Below are positions 12,304-21,015 of a stretch of DNA of 64,000 bases, piece after piece. The position numbers were made by a program, and so were the translations under genes. How positions within the stretch are numbered: position 1 is the first letter of the stretch; each line of letters starts with the position of its first letter. The notes beneath the pieces are model-generated. The model was not told where the DNA came from. It saw only the letters and a program-made list of their open reading frames with translations, and ran no database searches. Source of the stretch: Anaeromyxobacter sp. (lineage in GTDB: Bacteria > Myxococcota > Myxococcia > Myxococcales > Anaeromyxobacteraceae); NCBI GenBank assembly GCA_049840735.1, contig JASGJN010000017.1, forward strand, positions 192,001 to 256,000, given 5' to 3'.

Positions 12304-12835
12304 CTACACGGCGCGGCTGGGGCGGGAGACTGGCGGCCGGGCAGCTTCGGGGCGTTCTTCCCCGGCTCGCGACTGCCGGGCGGGCCAGAAGAGGACCACC
12401 AGCAGCCCCGCCCACGTGAGCAGCGAGGCCTCCAGCGCCAGGAAGGCCGCCAGCTTGGCCCAGGCCAGGCCGGGCCAGATCCGAGCGCACGCCGAAGCCG
12501 GCCAGGATGCCCAGCCCGGCGCTGCCGAACGAGAGCCGCACCAGCGCCGCCTGCGCCCGCTCCCCGACCACGCGGGCGAAGCCCACCACGTGCGCCACCG
12601 CGAACAGGGCCAGCGGCATGGCGAGGAGGTGGGGCACCGCCACCAGCAGGAGCTGCTGGAGCGTGCGCGGCTCGGTGAACGCTGCCTCCGAGCCCAGGTA
12701 GTAGGCCTGCACCTGCGCCGGGGCGGTGCCGAGCTTGAGCGCGAACAGCACCGCCGCGCTGACCGCGCTCAGGGCCAGGAAGAGCGCGAAGGCCAGCGCC
12801 GGCCCGCGGAAGGGCGCGAGGCGGGGGTCGGTCAC
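12304..12835 (-). CDS. Hypothetical 4-TM membrane protein (frameshift at ~12482)
   Basis: VTDPRLAPFRG...VQAYYLG...PHLLAMP; hydrophobic, coupled to upstream gene. Confidence 0.6.
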
Positions 12836-13296
12836 GCGCGCCCCCGCCCGAAGCCGAGCGCGCCCCAGGTCAGCAGCCCGGCCTGGGCCAGCGTGGCCAC
12901 GGCGAAGGTGGCCACGCGCAGCCCGCCGGCGCCGCGCAGCGCGACCACGGCGAAGGGCGCGAACAGGTCGGCCAGCGTGGCCGCCACCGCCAGCGCGAAG
13001 AGCGCGTTGCGCCAGCGCGCCGGCCCCGGGCACACGGCCACGATGGAGCCGAGCATGAGGAGCGTGAACCCCTGCAGGAAGGCGCCCATGTGGACCTCCT
13101 CCCAGAGCGCCGCCAGCGGCAGGGGCTGCCCGTCGCCCAGGTAGGCCGCCTCGACGCCGGCGGCGGTGAGGCCGCCGGCAGTGACGCGCGCGGCCACCAC
13201 GCCGGCCAGCGCCAGCCCTGCGAAGAGCAGGAAGGCGCGCACCGGCGGGCGGGCCCGCGCCAGCCGCTCCGGCGTGGCCTGGACCAGGAAGCGCAT
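12832..13296 (-). CDS. Hypothetical 4-TM membrane protein, paralog-like to 12304..12835
   Basis: GVEAAYLG...P...LWEEVHMG; end of feo operon. Confidence 0.65.
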   Translation of the reverse strand: MRFLVQATPERLARARPPVRAFLLFAGLALAGVVAARVTAGGLTAAGVEAAYLGDGQPLPLAALWEEVHMGAFLQGFTLLMLGSIVAVCPGPARWRNALFALAVAATLADLFAPFAVVALRGAGGLRVATFAVATLAQAGLLTWGALGFGRGRA

Positions 13297-13302
13297 GGCG
13301 CC

Positions 13303-13980
13303 CTACGCCGCCTCGACCCGCTTCACGTAGATCTCGCCGGCGATCTCCGGATCGAGCGCGATGGTCGTCTCCCCCACCTCGATCACGTAGGACGGCGAGC
13401 GCTGGTGGAGCCGGAGCGTGGAGCCGGGGATGACCCCCAGCGCCGCCAGGCGGTCCATCCGGTCGTGGAACTTGGGCGCGATGAAGACGATGCGGCCGGT
13501 GGCGCCCAGGTCGAAGCTGGGCAGGCCGGTCACCAGCGGCCGGAGGGTGCGCTGGAAGGTGCCGCAGCAGGCGCCGGGGGGGATGGGCTTGCCGTGCGGG
13601 CAGGTGGGCGGGTGGCCCAGCAGCGTGCAGACCGAGTCGGTGGCCTCGGGCGAGAGGATGTGTTCGAAGGCGCAGGCCTGCGCCTCCATGGTCTGCTCGC
13701 CCAGCGCCAGGAGGTCGCGGAAGAGCCGCTCGGTGAGCCGGTGGCGGCGCACCACGTCGCGGGCCCGCCGCTCGCCCTCCTCGGTCAGCTCCACGCGCTC
13801 GCCGGAGCGGCGCAGCAGCCCCGCCGAGGCGAGCGCGTCCAGGTCCCCCACCCCGGCGCCGGGCGCGTGGTCCGCGCCGGTGGCCGCCAGCACGGCCTCG
13901 GCGCGATCGCGCCCCGCCTCACGCTCGGTGAACACGGCCTCGAGGATCTCCTCCTGCCGCTGCTGCCCGTTGACGCTCAC
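13303..13980 (-). CDS. DtxR/MntR-family metal regulator with C-terminal FeoA domain
   Basis: LTEEG..RA..VVRRHRLTERLF, ACAFEH, LGHPPTCPHGKPIP, RLAALGVIPG (FeoA). Confidence 0.85.
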   Translation of the reverse strand: MSVNGQQRQEEILEAVFTEREAGRDRAEAVLAATGADHAPGAGVGDLDALASAGLLRRSGERVELTEEGERRARDVVRRHRLTERLFRDLLALGEQTMEAQACAFEHILSPEATDSVCTLLGHPPTCPHGKPIPPGACCGTFQRTLRPLVTGLPSFDLGATGRIVFIAPKFHDRMDRLAALGVIPGSTLRLHQRSPSYVIEVGETTIALDPEIAGEIYVKRVEAA

Positions 13981-14222
13981 GCGACGGTGCTCCTCTCCTC
14001 GGGGTTCTCCGGCCGCGGCGCGGGGCGCCGGTGGAGCCGGTCCAGCAGCTTGCGCAGGCCGGCCGCCACGCCGGCCTCCTGCGGGAACGAGTAGCCGCAG
14101 GACGGGCAGCAGACGACGTGGCAGCCCTTCGACATCGGGCAGCTGGGCCGGCAGCCCTGCCCCGAGGCGTCGAAGGTGGTCCCGCAGAGCGGGCACTGCT
14201 CGTTGCGTTCCAGCGCAGACAT
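13977..14222 (-). CDS. Small Cys-rich protein downstream of feoB
   Basis: 81 aa with 8 Cys: CPLC..C..C..C..CCPSC. Confidence 0.75.
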   Translation of the reverse strand: MSALERNEQCPLCGTTFDASGQGCRPSCPMSKGCHVVCCPSCGYSFPQEAGVAAGLRKLLDRLHRRPAPRPENPEERSTVA

Positions 14223-14235
14223 GACCGCTCCGTTC

Positions 14236-16299
14236 CTAGTGGACCAGCCGCATGAGCTGGTTCACGCCGGCGCCGACGCCGAAGGCGAAGGGCAGGATGA
14301 AGGCCAGCATGCCCACGCCGGTCTTCCAGCCGCGCTCCTTCAGGATCATGAAGAAGTTGGCGATGCAGGGGATGAAGAGCGTGATGGTCACCAGCGCCAC
14401 CACCACCTGGATCTCCATCGACCAGGTGAGCGTGCCCGCGTCCATGTACGGCTTGAAGTGGGCGAACAGGCCGGCCGCGGCGTAGTCGCGCCGCAGGAAG
14501 CCCAGGATGAAGGCGCTGGCCGCGTCGGAGGGCAGGCCCAGCAGCCCGACCACCACCGGCGAGAGGGCCTTCTCCAGCACCGCCAGCCCGTGGACGCGGT
14601 CCAGCACCCAGAGGATGAGCGTGCCGAGCACGAACAGCGGCAGCGCCTCGCGCAGGTACCACTCGATGCGCGAGGTGGTCTTGACCAGCACGTTGCCGGC
14701 CTGGGGGACGCGGAGCGGCGGCAGCTCGAGGATGAAGTCCGAGCCGCGCCCGGGGATGACCTTGGCCGCCAGCCAGCCCACCAGGAAGATGACGAACAGC
14801 AGCGAGCCCACGAACCAGAGGTTGGCGGCCAGCGACAGGTTGGCGGTCATGGCCAGGATCACCGCCAGCTGCGCCGAGCAGGGGACGCCCAGCGCCAGCA
14901 GCAGCGTGACGATCACCCGCTCCTTCCGCGTCTCCATGATCCGGGCGGTCATGGTGGCCATGGTGTCGCAGCCCAGCCCCAGCACCATGGGGAGCACGGC
15001 CTTGCCGTTGAGCCCCATCCGCTTGAAGAGCTTGTTCACCATCACCGCCAGGCGCGGCAGGTAGCCGGAGTCCTCCAGCACGCTGAAGGCGATGAAGAAG
15101 GTGGTGACGATGGGGAGCACGATGGCGATGCCGTAGGAGAGCCCCATCGACACCAGCCCGTACTTGCCGACCAGGAACCCGGCGGTCTCCTCGTGCGGCA
15201 CGCCCGCCGGGCCCACCAGGAACTCCTGGATGGCGCCGGCCGGGGTCACGAAGCGGACCGCCGCGTCGGTCCAGGGGATGAGGTACTCGGCGAAGACGGT
15301 GTTCTCGAGGAAGTCCACCAGCGTGCCCGCGCCCAGCACGCCCACGAACTGGTAGGCCACGTAGAGCACCAGCCCCAGCAGCGGGACGCCCCACAGCGGG
15401 TGGGTGCTCCAGCCGCCCAGCCGGCGGGCGAAGCCGCTGGTGGCGGAGGCCGCGCCCCGGCTCAGCACCTCGTCGTGGAGCCGGTCCACCGTGGCCAGGC
15501 GCTGGCGCGCCACCACGAACCGCAGCGACTCGGGGTAGCGGGACGCCAGCTCGCGCCGGACGACGTCCACCCGGGCCAGGTCGGCCGCGGAGAGGCGGGC
15601 CGCCAGGTGGGCCCGCAGCGACTCGTCCCCGACCAGCGCCATCAGCGCCAGCGCGCGCCGGCCGATGCCGCCCTCCGGCATGAGCGGCGTCACCTCGGCC
15701 AGCGCGCCCTCGATGGCGGCGTCGTAGCGCGGGCGCCAGGGCGAGGCGCGGGCCGCCGCGAGCCGCGCCTGGAGCTGGGGCAGGCCCCGCCGCTCCACCG
15801 CCACGGTCCGGACCACGTCGATCTGCAGCGCGGCGGCCAGCGCCGCCTCGTCGATGCGGATGCCGCGGCTCTCCGCCTCGTCGGCCATGTTGAGGGCCAG
15901 CACGAACGGCACCTCGGCCTCGGCCAGCTGCGCCGCCAGCAGCAGGCCGCGGCGCAGGTTCTTGGCGTCGCAGACCTGCAGGCAGGCGTAGCCGCGCTCG
16001 GAGAGCAGGATGTCCCGGGTCACCTGCTCGTCCTCGGACATGGGGAGCAGGTTGTTGGTGCCCGGCGTGTCCATCACGTGCCAGGTCTCGCCCTCGATGG
16101 TGGCCGAGCCGCGCGTCACCTCGACGGTGGTGCCGGGGTAGTTCGAGACCGTGACGTAGGTGCCGGTGAGCGCGCCGAAGAGCACGCTCTTGCCGACGTT
16201 GGGGTTGCCGACCAGGATCACCGAGCGCGAGGCGGCCACGACCTTCTTGCGGTCGAGATCGCCCTCGCGGTGGCAGGCGGCGGAGGCGGGAGGGCTCAC
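14236..16299 (-). CDS. feoB: Ferrous iron transporter FeoB
   Basis: GNPNVGKS, NYPGTTVE, DTPG, NMAD, LEDSGYLPR, GLGC, PCSAQL, FILELPP. Confidence 0.95.
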   Translation of the reverse strand: MSPPASAACHREGDLDRKKVVAASRSVILVGNPNVGKSVLFGALTGTYVTVSNYPGTTVEVTRGSATIEGETWHVMDTPGTNNLLPMSEDEQVTRDILLSERGYACLQVCDAKNLRRGLLLAAQLAEAEVPFVLALNMADEAESRGIRIDEAALAAALQIDVVRTVAVERRGLPQLQARLAAARASPWRPRYDAAIEGALAEVTPLMPEGGIGRRALALMALVGDESLRAHLAARLSAADLARVDVVRRELASRYPESLRFVVARQRLATVDRLHDEVLSRGAASATSGFARRLGGWSTHPLWGVPLLGLVLYVAYQFVGVLGAGTLVDFLENTVFAEYLIPWTDAAVRFVTPAGAIQEFLVGPAGVPHEETAGFLVGKYGLVSMGLSYGIAIVLPIVTTFFIAFSVLEDSGYLPRLAVMVNKLFKRMGLNGKAVLPMVLGLGCDTMATMTARIMETRKERVIVTLLLALGVPCSAQLAVILAMTANLSLAANLWFVGSLLFVIFLVGWLAAKVIPGRGSDFILELPPLRVPQAGNVLVKTTSRIEWYLREALPLFVLGTLILWVLDRVHGLAVLEKALSPVVVGLLGLPSDAASAFILGFLRRDYAAAGLFAHFKPYMDAGTLTWSMEIQVVVALVTITLFIPCIANFFMILKERGWKTGVGMLAFILPFAFGVGAGVNQLMRLVH

Positions 16300-16802
16300 G
16301 AGCGGACCTCGCTGCCAGGGGCGCTGCACTGCGCGCACCGGCCGTAGAGCTCGAGCCGGTGGCGCTCCACCAGGAACCCGTGGCGGCGCGCCACCGCGGC
16401 CTGGAGCGCCTCGATCTCGTCGTCGGCGAACTCCACGATGGCGGCGCAGGCGGTGCAGATGAGGTGGTCGTGGTGGGCTCGCCCGGCCGCCACCTCGTAG
16501 CGCGTCTGCCCGTCGCCGAACTGGCGCGCCACCGCCAGCCCGCCCTCGGCCAGCAGCTTCATGGTCCGGTACACCGTCGCCACGCTCACCCGCGCATCCT
16601 CCTCACGCACCCGCGCCACCAGGTCGTCCACGCTCACGTGGCCGGTCATCCCGAAGAAGACCTCGGCCACTTGCTCGCGCTGCCGCGAGTGCTTGAGGCC
16701 CCGCGCCTCGAGGTACGCCGCCAGGCGGCGGACCGGGGGCGTCCCGCGCCCCGCTTGGGAACGCTCGCCCTGCCCCGCCCTGTTCCGGATGGTCGTCGCC
16801 AT
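16296..16802 (-). CDS. fur: Fur-family transcriptional regulator
   Basis: VSVATVYRTMKLL, HHDHLICTAC, C-terminal CAQC. Confidence 0.9.
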   Translation of the reverse strand: MATTIRNRAGQGERSQAGRGTPPVRRLAAYLEARGLKHSRQREQVAEVFFGMTGHVSVDDLVARVREEDARVSVATVYRTMKLLAEGGLAVARQFGDGQTRYEVAAGRAHHDHLICTACAAIVEFADDEIEALQAAVARRHGFLVERHRLELYGRCAQCSAPGSEVRS

Positions 16803-16806
16803 GACT

Positions 16807-16825
16807 GATAACGATTCTCAGTATC
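16807..16825. promoter_or_regulatory. Fur box
   Basis: GATAACGATTCTCAGTATC, 15/19 match to GATAATGATAATCATTATC, 4 bp upstream of the fur start. Confidence 0.85.
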
Positions 16826-16908
16826 AGGATCCGCTCACGCAGGCAATCCCCACGATCCCGGGCCAGCGAGACAGGGGAAAGCCCAGCGGTTGGGCGGGGG
16901 TGCGCCTG

Positions 16909-17502
16909 CTACCGAGCGTCCGGCCAGCGCTCGCGCCAGCGGGCGGCGGCCTCCGGGCCGCCCAGATCGCGACCGGTCAGCGCCACCAGCGAGGCGTGCG
17001 CCTCGCTGCGGACGACCGGATCCGGATTTCCCAGCATCCCGACCAGGCGCGGGGCCAGCCGCTGGCCTTCCACCTTGGGCCGGTGGCGCACCAGCTCGGC
17101 GGCCAGGCCGCGCAGCTGCGGGTCGTCCGACAGCAGCGCGCGCTCCAGGTCCGGGGCCGGGCGCCTGGGCGTCGGGCGATCCAGCACCAGCCCGGCCACC
17201 ACCCCCACCACCACCGCCATGAGCGCGACCTGCACCAGCGCCTTGCCGGCGGGGTAGCGCCCGGCCCGCACCAGCGCGAACCGGTAGACGGCGTACCCGA
17301 AGACGAAGATCACCAGCAGGCCGGGGGGCACGGCCAGGGCCGCGTGGGGCCACCGCCCCTCCGCCACCGCCTCCCTCAGCTCGGGGAGTCCGGCCAGGGT
17401 CAGCGCGGCCGACACCAGCAGCAGGCCCAGCAGCGACCAGCGCAGCGCCCGGATCCAGGTGGGGATCCGCGTCGCGGGCCCCTCGATGCTCACGTCCGAC
17501 AT
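16909..17502 (-). CDS. Membrane protein with C-terminal HEAT repeats
   Basis: Three TM segments, then LLSDDPQLRGLAA and LGNPDPVVRSEAHASL. Confidence 0.7.
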   Translation of the reverse strand: MSDVSIEGPATRIPTWIRALRWSLLGLLLVSAALTLAGLPELREAVAEGRWPHAALAVPPGLLVIFVFGYAVYRFALVRAGRYPAGKALVQVALMAVVVGVVAGLVLDRPTPRRPAPDLERALLSDDPQLRGLAAELVRHRPKVEGQRLAPRLVGMLGNPDPVVRSEAHASLVALTGRDLGGPEAAARWRERWPDAR

Positions 17503-17581
17503 GCCTGGAGTGAAGCACGCGGAGTGTCGCGGAGCAACGCCCTCTTGACTCGTGCGCATGGGTCGGCAAGGTTCCGGCGCC

Positions 17582-19088
17582 ATGGCCGAGGTCGACGCGG
17601 AGATCCTGGAGCGGGTGGCGCGCTGGTGCGCGGAGGCGGGCCGCCAGGCCGGGCTGGAGGAGATCCGGCGCGCGCTGGCACCGCTGGCCTGGGACGAGCA
17701 GCTGCGGGTCCGGGCCCTGCTGGCAGATGCGCCCCCGGCCCAGCCCCTGGGGCCGCACGCCCTGGTGGACCTGGCGCGCGGCGTCCCCGCCGACGTGGCG
17801 GCCGAGCGCGAGCGGGCCGGGCAGTACCGGCGCGAGGACGACGACGCGGCGGAGGCGGAGCAGGCCCCCGCCACGGCCGCCCCCCGCAAGAAGCCGCCCC
17901 GCGCCAAGAAGGGTGCGGCGCTGGTGATCCGGCGCGCCCGCGACCGCGTGCCCACCGCCGAGGCGTCGGCGCCGCGGCTGCCCCGGCTGGAGGAGCTGTT
18001 CCAGCCGGAGGGCCGCGCCGTGCTGGAGGGGCTGATCGGGACCCACGGCGCGCGGCGCGCGCACCTGGTCACCGCCGTCGCGGCCGGCTGGCTGCGCGGC
18101 GACGGCACGCCGCCTGGCGAGGAGGAGCTGGCCGACCTGCTGGAGGAGCACGGCCTGGCGCGCGGCTTCGAGCGGCGCGAGAAGGACGAGCTGCTCCACG
18201 CCCTGCGCGCCGCGGGCGGCGTGCTGGCGCGCGCCGCGGAGGCGGAGGGCGTGACGCCCGAGGCCTACCGGGCGGCGCTGGAGCGCCTGGGCGCGGCGGG
18301 CGAGGCCGAGCGGATCCGCGAGGAGCGGCGGGCCGAGCTGCGCAGCCGGGCGCTGCTCTCGGAGCGGGCGCGGCTCCTGCTGGAGGACCGGCCCAGGCTG
18401 GAGGATTCTGGAGCTGGCGGGCGAGCTGGAGCAGGATCTGCGGGAGCGGCTGCCGGAGCACATGAAGGCGCTGCTGGCCGGCGGGCTGCCGCTGCTGCCG
18501 GCCCTTGGGCGTAGCCTGTCGATCGGGCTCGAGGGCGCCCAGGCGTTGATCGCCGCGCTGGGGGTCGACCTGACCGCGCTGGGCGGTGCGGCGACCGCGC
18601 CGCGCCAGGCGGGCGGCCCGCGGGGCGAGGGCCGGCCGCCGCGCCGGGAGCGACCCGAGCGCGGCGAGCGGCCGGACCGCCGGGAGCGGCCGCCGCGCGA
18701 GCGCACGGGCGCTGGCGAGCGCCCGCCGCGGGCGGATCGCGGCGCGCGTCCCTTCGCTGCTCGCCCTGCGTCCGGTGCGCGCCGCGAGGGCGCCGCTCCG
18801 CGCCCGGTGGGCGGCGAGCGCACGCCGCGGCGCCGCACGGAAGGCGGGGGCGCTCAGCGCATGGGCGGCGACGCGCGGCCCGCGGGGCCGCGGTCGGGCC
18901 CCGGGCGGCCGATGGGCGCGAGGCCCGGCGGCCCGCGCACGGGCCCCGGGCGGCCGATGGGTGCGAGGCCAGGTGGCCCGCGCACGGGCCCGGGGCGGCC
19001 GGCGGGTGCGCGGCCGGGTGGGCCGCGGCCGGGTGGCTCGCGGCCGCCGCCGCGCGGCGGGCCGGGGCGCCGGCCCCCGCGGCGCTGA
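17582..19088 (+). CDS. Hypothetical helical protein, possible HTH/Fis-like segment, Arg/Gly/Pro-rich tail (frameshift at ~18406)
   Basis: ORFs 17552..18514 and 18462..19088 join if GATTC is read as GATC; ALRAAGGVLARAAEAEGV resembles a Fis HTH. Confidence 0.6.
18873..19030 (+). repeat. ~3.5 x 45-bp coding tandem repeat (ARPGGPRTGPGRPMG)
   Basis: Seen directly in DNA and translation. Confidence 0.85.
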
Positions 19089-19095
19089 GCCGGCC

Positions 19096-19459
19096 TCAGC
19101 CCTTCGCCTTCGGCGCGGGCTTGCCCTTCTCGAACGTGGCGCCGTCGCCGTACCTGGCGACGATGGCCTTCTTGGTGTCGAGGCCGGTCAGCTCGATCAC
19201 GAACGTCGGCACGCGCCGCGCGCGGCGGTCGGCGGCCCACCGGGTCAGCTCGGCGCGGGCGCTGCGGCGCCCCCCTCCCGCGGGGCGCGCCCGGCGGCCC
19301 GGCGCCTTCACGCCGGCCTCGAGCTGCGCCGCCAGCCGCTCCGCCGCAAGCTCGGCGATGGCTCGGGCGATGCTCGGCCGAGGCGCGCTTGACCACCTCG
19401 TCCATGGCGCTGCGGACCAGTTCGTCGATGCTGCTGGAGGCGGAGGCGGTGCGGGGCAT
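19096..19459 (-). CDS. Small basic hypothetical protein, candidate nucleoid-associated protein (frameshift at ~19372)
   Basis: MPRTASASSSIDELVRSAMDEVVKRAS joins IARAIAELAAERL...RRVPTFVIELTG...KYG-like end. Confidence 0.6.
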
Positions 19460-19573
19460 GTGGTGTCCTGGCGCAAACTGGGTCAATCGGGATTGGAACG
19501 ACCGGCTTTCCCCGCGACTATAGATCGCGCAGCCATGCGCCCGCGGCGGTTTTCTGGTACGGTCCGCCGCCGA

Positions 19574-19657
19574 GGCCCTCTGGCGAAACGGTAAACGCGC
19601 TCGACTCAAAATCGAGTGGGGCGACCCCCCGTCCCGGTTCGAGTCCGGGGAGGGCCA
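19574..19657 (+). tRNA. tRNA-Leu(CAA)
   Basis: GGCCCTC/GAGGGCC acceptor stem, CTCGA-CTCAAAA-TCGAG anticodon arm, long variable arm, GGTTCGAGTCC T-arm; CCA not encoded. Confidence 0.95.
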
Positions 19658-19761
19658 ATCCAGCCTGACCCCCCGTCCGCACGGCCTTTTTCCTTGCGGC
19701 GGGGCGCCGCGCGCGTGTATCGGTACGCGGCCTCCCCCACCCCCACCCCGGACGCGCCGCC

Positions 19762-20484
19762 ATGTTGAACCTGCTCATCAGCCTCGCCGTCGGTGCCGTC
19801 GTGACCGCCGGCATCCTGCTCGGCACCGAGTTCGGCTGGGCGGCGGCCATCTTCCCGGGCCTGGTCGCGCTTGTCGCGACCTACATCGTGCTGCTGCGCC
19901 GGACCAGCAAGCAGCTGCAGGCGGTCTTCGACTCGGTGCAGAAGGACATCCAGGCGCGCCGGATCGAGAAGGCCATCGCCACGCTGCGGACCAGCTTCGG
20001 CCTGGCGCGCTGGCAGTTCCTGGTGGGCTCGCAGCTCCACTCGTACATCGGCTTCCTGCTCTACACGCAGCAGGACCTCGACGGCGCCCTGCCCCACCTC
20101 GAGAAGAGCTTCTCGCGCAACTGGGTCTCGCGCGTGATGCTGGCGGCCACGCACTACAAGCGGAAGGACCTGGCCGGCGCGCGCAAGGTGCTGGAGGCCA
20201 CGGCCCGCGACAACAAGAAGGAAGGGCTGGTCTGGGCCACCTACGCCTGGCTGCTGGAGAAGGAAGGCCAGCACGACGAGGCCATCGCGGTCCTGGGCCG
20301 CGGCACCGCCGCCAGCCCGGGCGACGAGAAGCTCAAGGCCGCGCTGCAGTCGCTCCAGAACGACAAGAAGCTCAAGCTGGGCAAGCTCTACCAGGAGCAG
20401 TGGTTCCAGTTCATGCTGGAGGCCCCTCCGCCGCAGTTCGCGGGCCCGGGCTTCCGCGGCGGCAAGCGCGCGCTGTATCGCTGA
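19762..20484 (+). CDS. Membrane-anchored TPR protein
   Basis: Two N-terminal TM helices then TPR-like helices (DLDGALPHLEKS, GQHDEAIAVL). Confidence 0.8.
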   Translation: MLNLLISLAVGAVVTAGILLGTEFGWAAAIFPGLVALVATYIVLLRRTSKQLQAVFDSVQKDIQARRIEKAIATLRTSFGLARWQFLVGSQLHSYIGFLLYTQQDLDGALPHLEKSFSRNWVSRVMLAATHYKRKDLAGARKVLEATARDNKKEGLVWATYAWLLEKEGQHDEAIAVLGRGTAASPGDEKLKAALQSLQNDKKLKLGKLYQEQWFQFMLEAPPPQFAGPGFRGGKRALYR

Positions 20485-20487
20485 AGC

Positions 20488-20747
20488 GGGGGCTGCGCCC
20501 CCGCCCCGCCGGCAGAGCCGTCGGGGCCCCACCCCTGCTGCGCTGGGTCCCGCCGCGCTGCGGGCCCGGATCATCCAGACAGTGGAATTGGCCCTTGCGC
20601 GGCACCCAGCGTCGAGGGGCTGCGCCCCTCCCCCAGCTGCGCTGGGGCCCCCACCCTGCGAGCCGCGGGCAGCGCTCCTGGCAGAGCTCGGGGGCTGCGC
20701 CCCTCCCCAGCTGCGCTGGGGCCCCCACCCCGCGAGCCGCGGGCAGC
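20488..20747. repeat. Cluster of family B palindromic repeats between convergent genes
   Basis: 20488-20540 matches 4616-4668; ~57-bp direct repeat at ~20616-20673 and ~20691-20747 starting GGGGCTGCGCCCC. Confidence 0.85.
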
Positions 20748-20771
20748 CTCCGGCAGGGCACGGGGCCCGAT

Positions 20772-20802
20772 GTCTTCGCTCCCGACCGGGAGCGTGTCAG
20801 AC
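20772..20802 (-). promoter_or_regulatory. Putative bacterial SECIS element
   Basis: mRNA UGA-AGC-GUCU-GACA-CGCUCCC-GGUC-GGGAGCG-A-AGAC: 7-bp upper stem, G-led loop 18 nt after the UGA. Confidence 0.75.
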
Positions 20803-21015
20803 GCTTCAAGTGCCGCCGTAGCCGACGGTCACCCGCCCCTTCTCCACGATGAGCGGGACGCGGCGTTCGCCGCCGGACAGCTCCAGGAAGCGGCGCATCG
20901 CCTCCGGGTCCTTCTTCACGTTGAAGTACTCCACCTCGAGGCCGCGGGCCGCGTACTCCTCCCGGGCGGCCGAGGTGTAGCCGCACGTGTCCTTGCCGTA
21001 GATCTGGACCTTCAT
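20797..21015 (-). CDS. UXX-star family glutaredoxin-like selenoprotein (TGA 20806-20808 read as Sec)
   Basis: MKVQIYGKDTCGYT...RRVPLIVEKGRVTVGYGGT-TGA-AGC-GTC-TGA = ...GGT-U-S-V-stop. Confidence 0.8.

Noticed and set aside
19574..19657. tRNA-anchored genomic island at either tRNA-Leu
   Set aside because: No integrase, no duplicated tRNA 3' end and no compositional shift found.
20488..20747. Possible CRISPR array (also the repeats at 33760-34100 and 18873-19030)
   Set aside because: No regular repeat-unique spacer periodicity and no cas genes; the other two are in-frame coding repeats.
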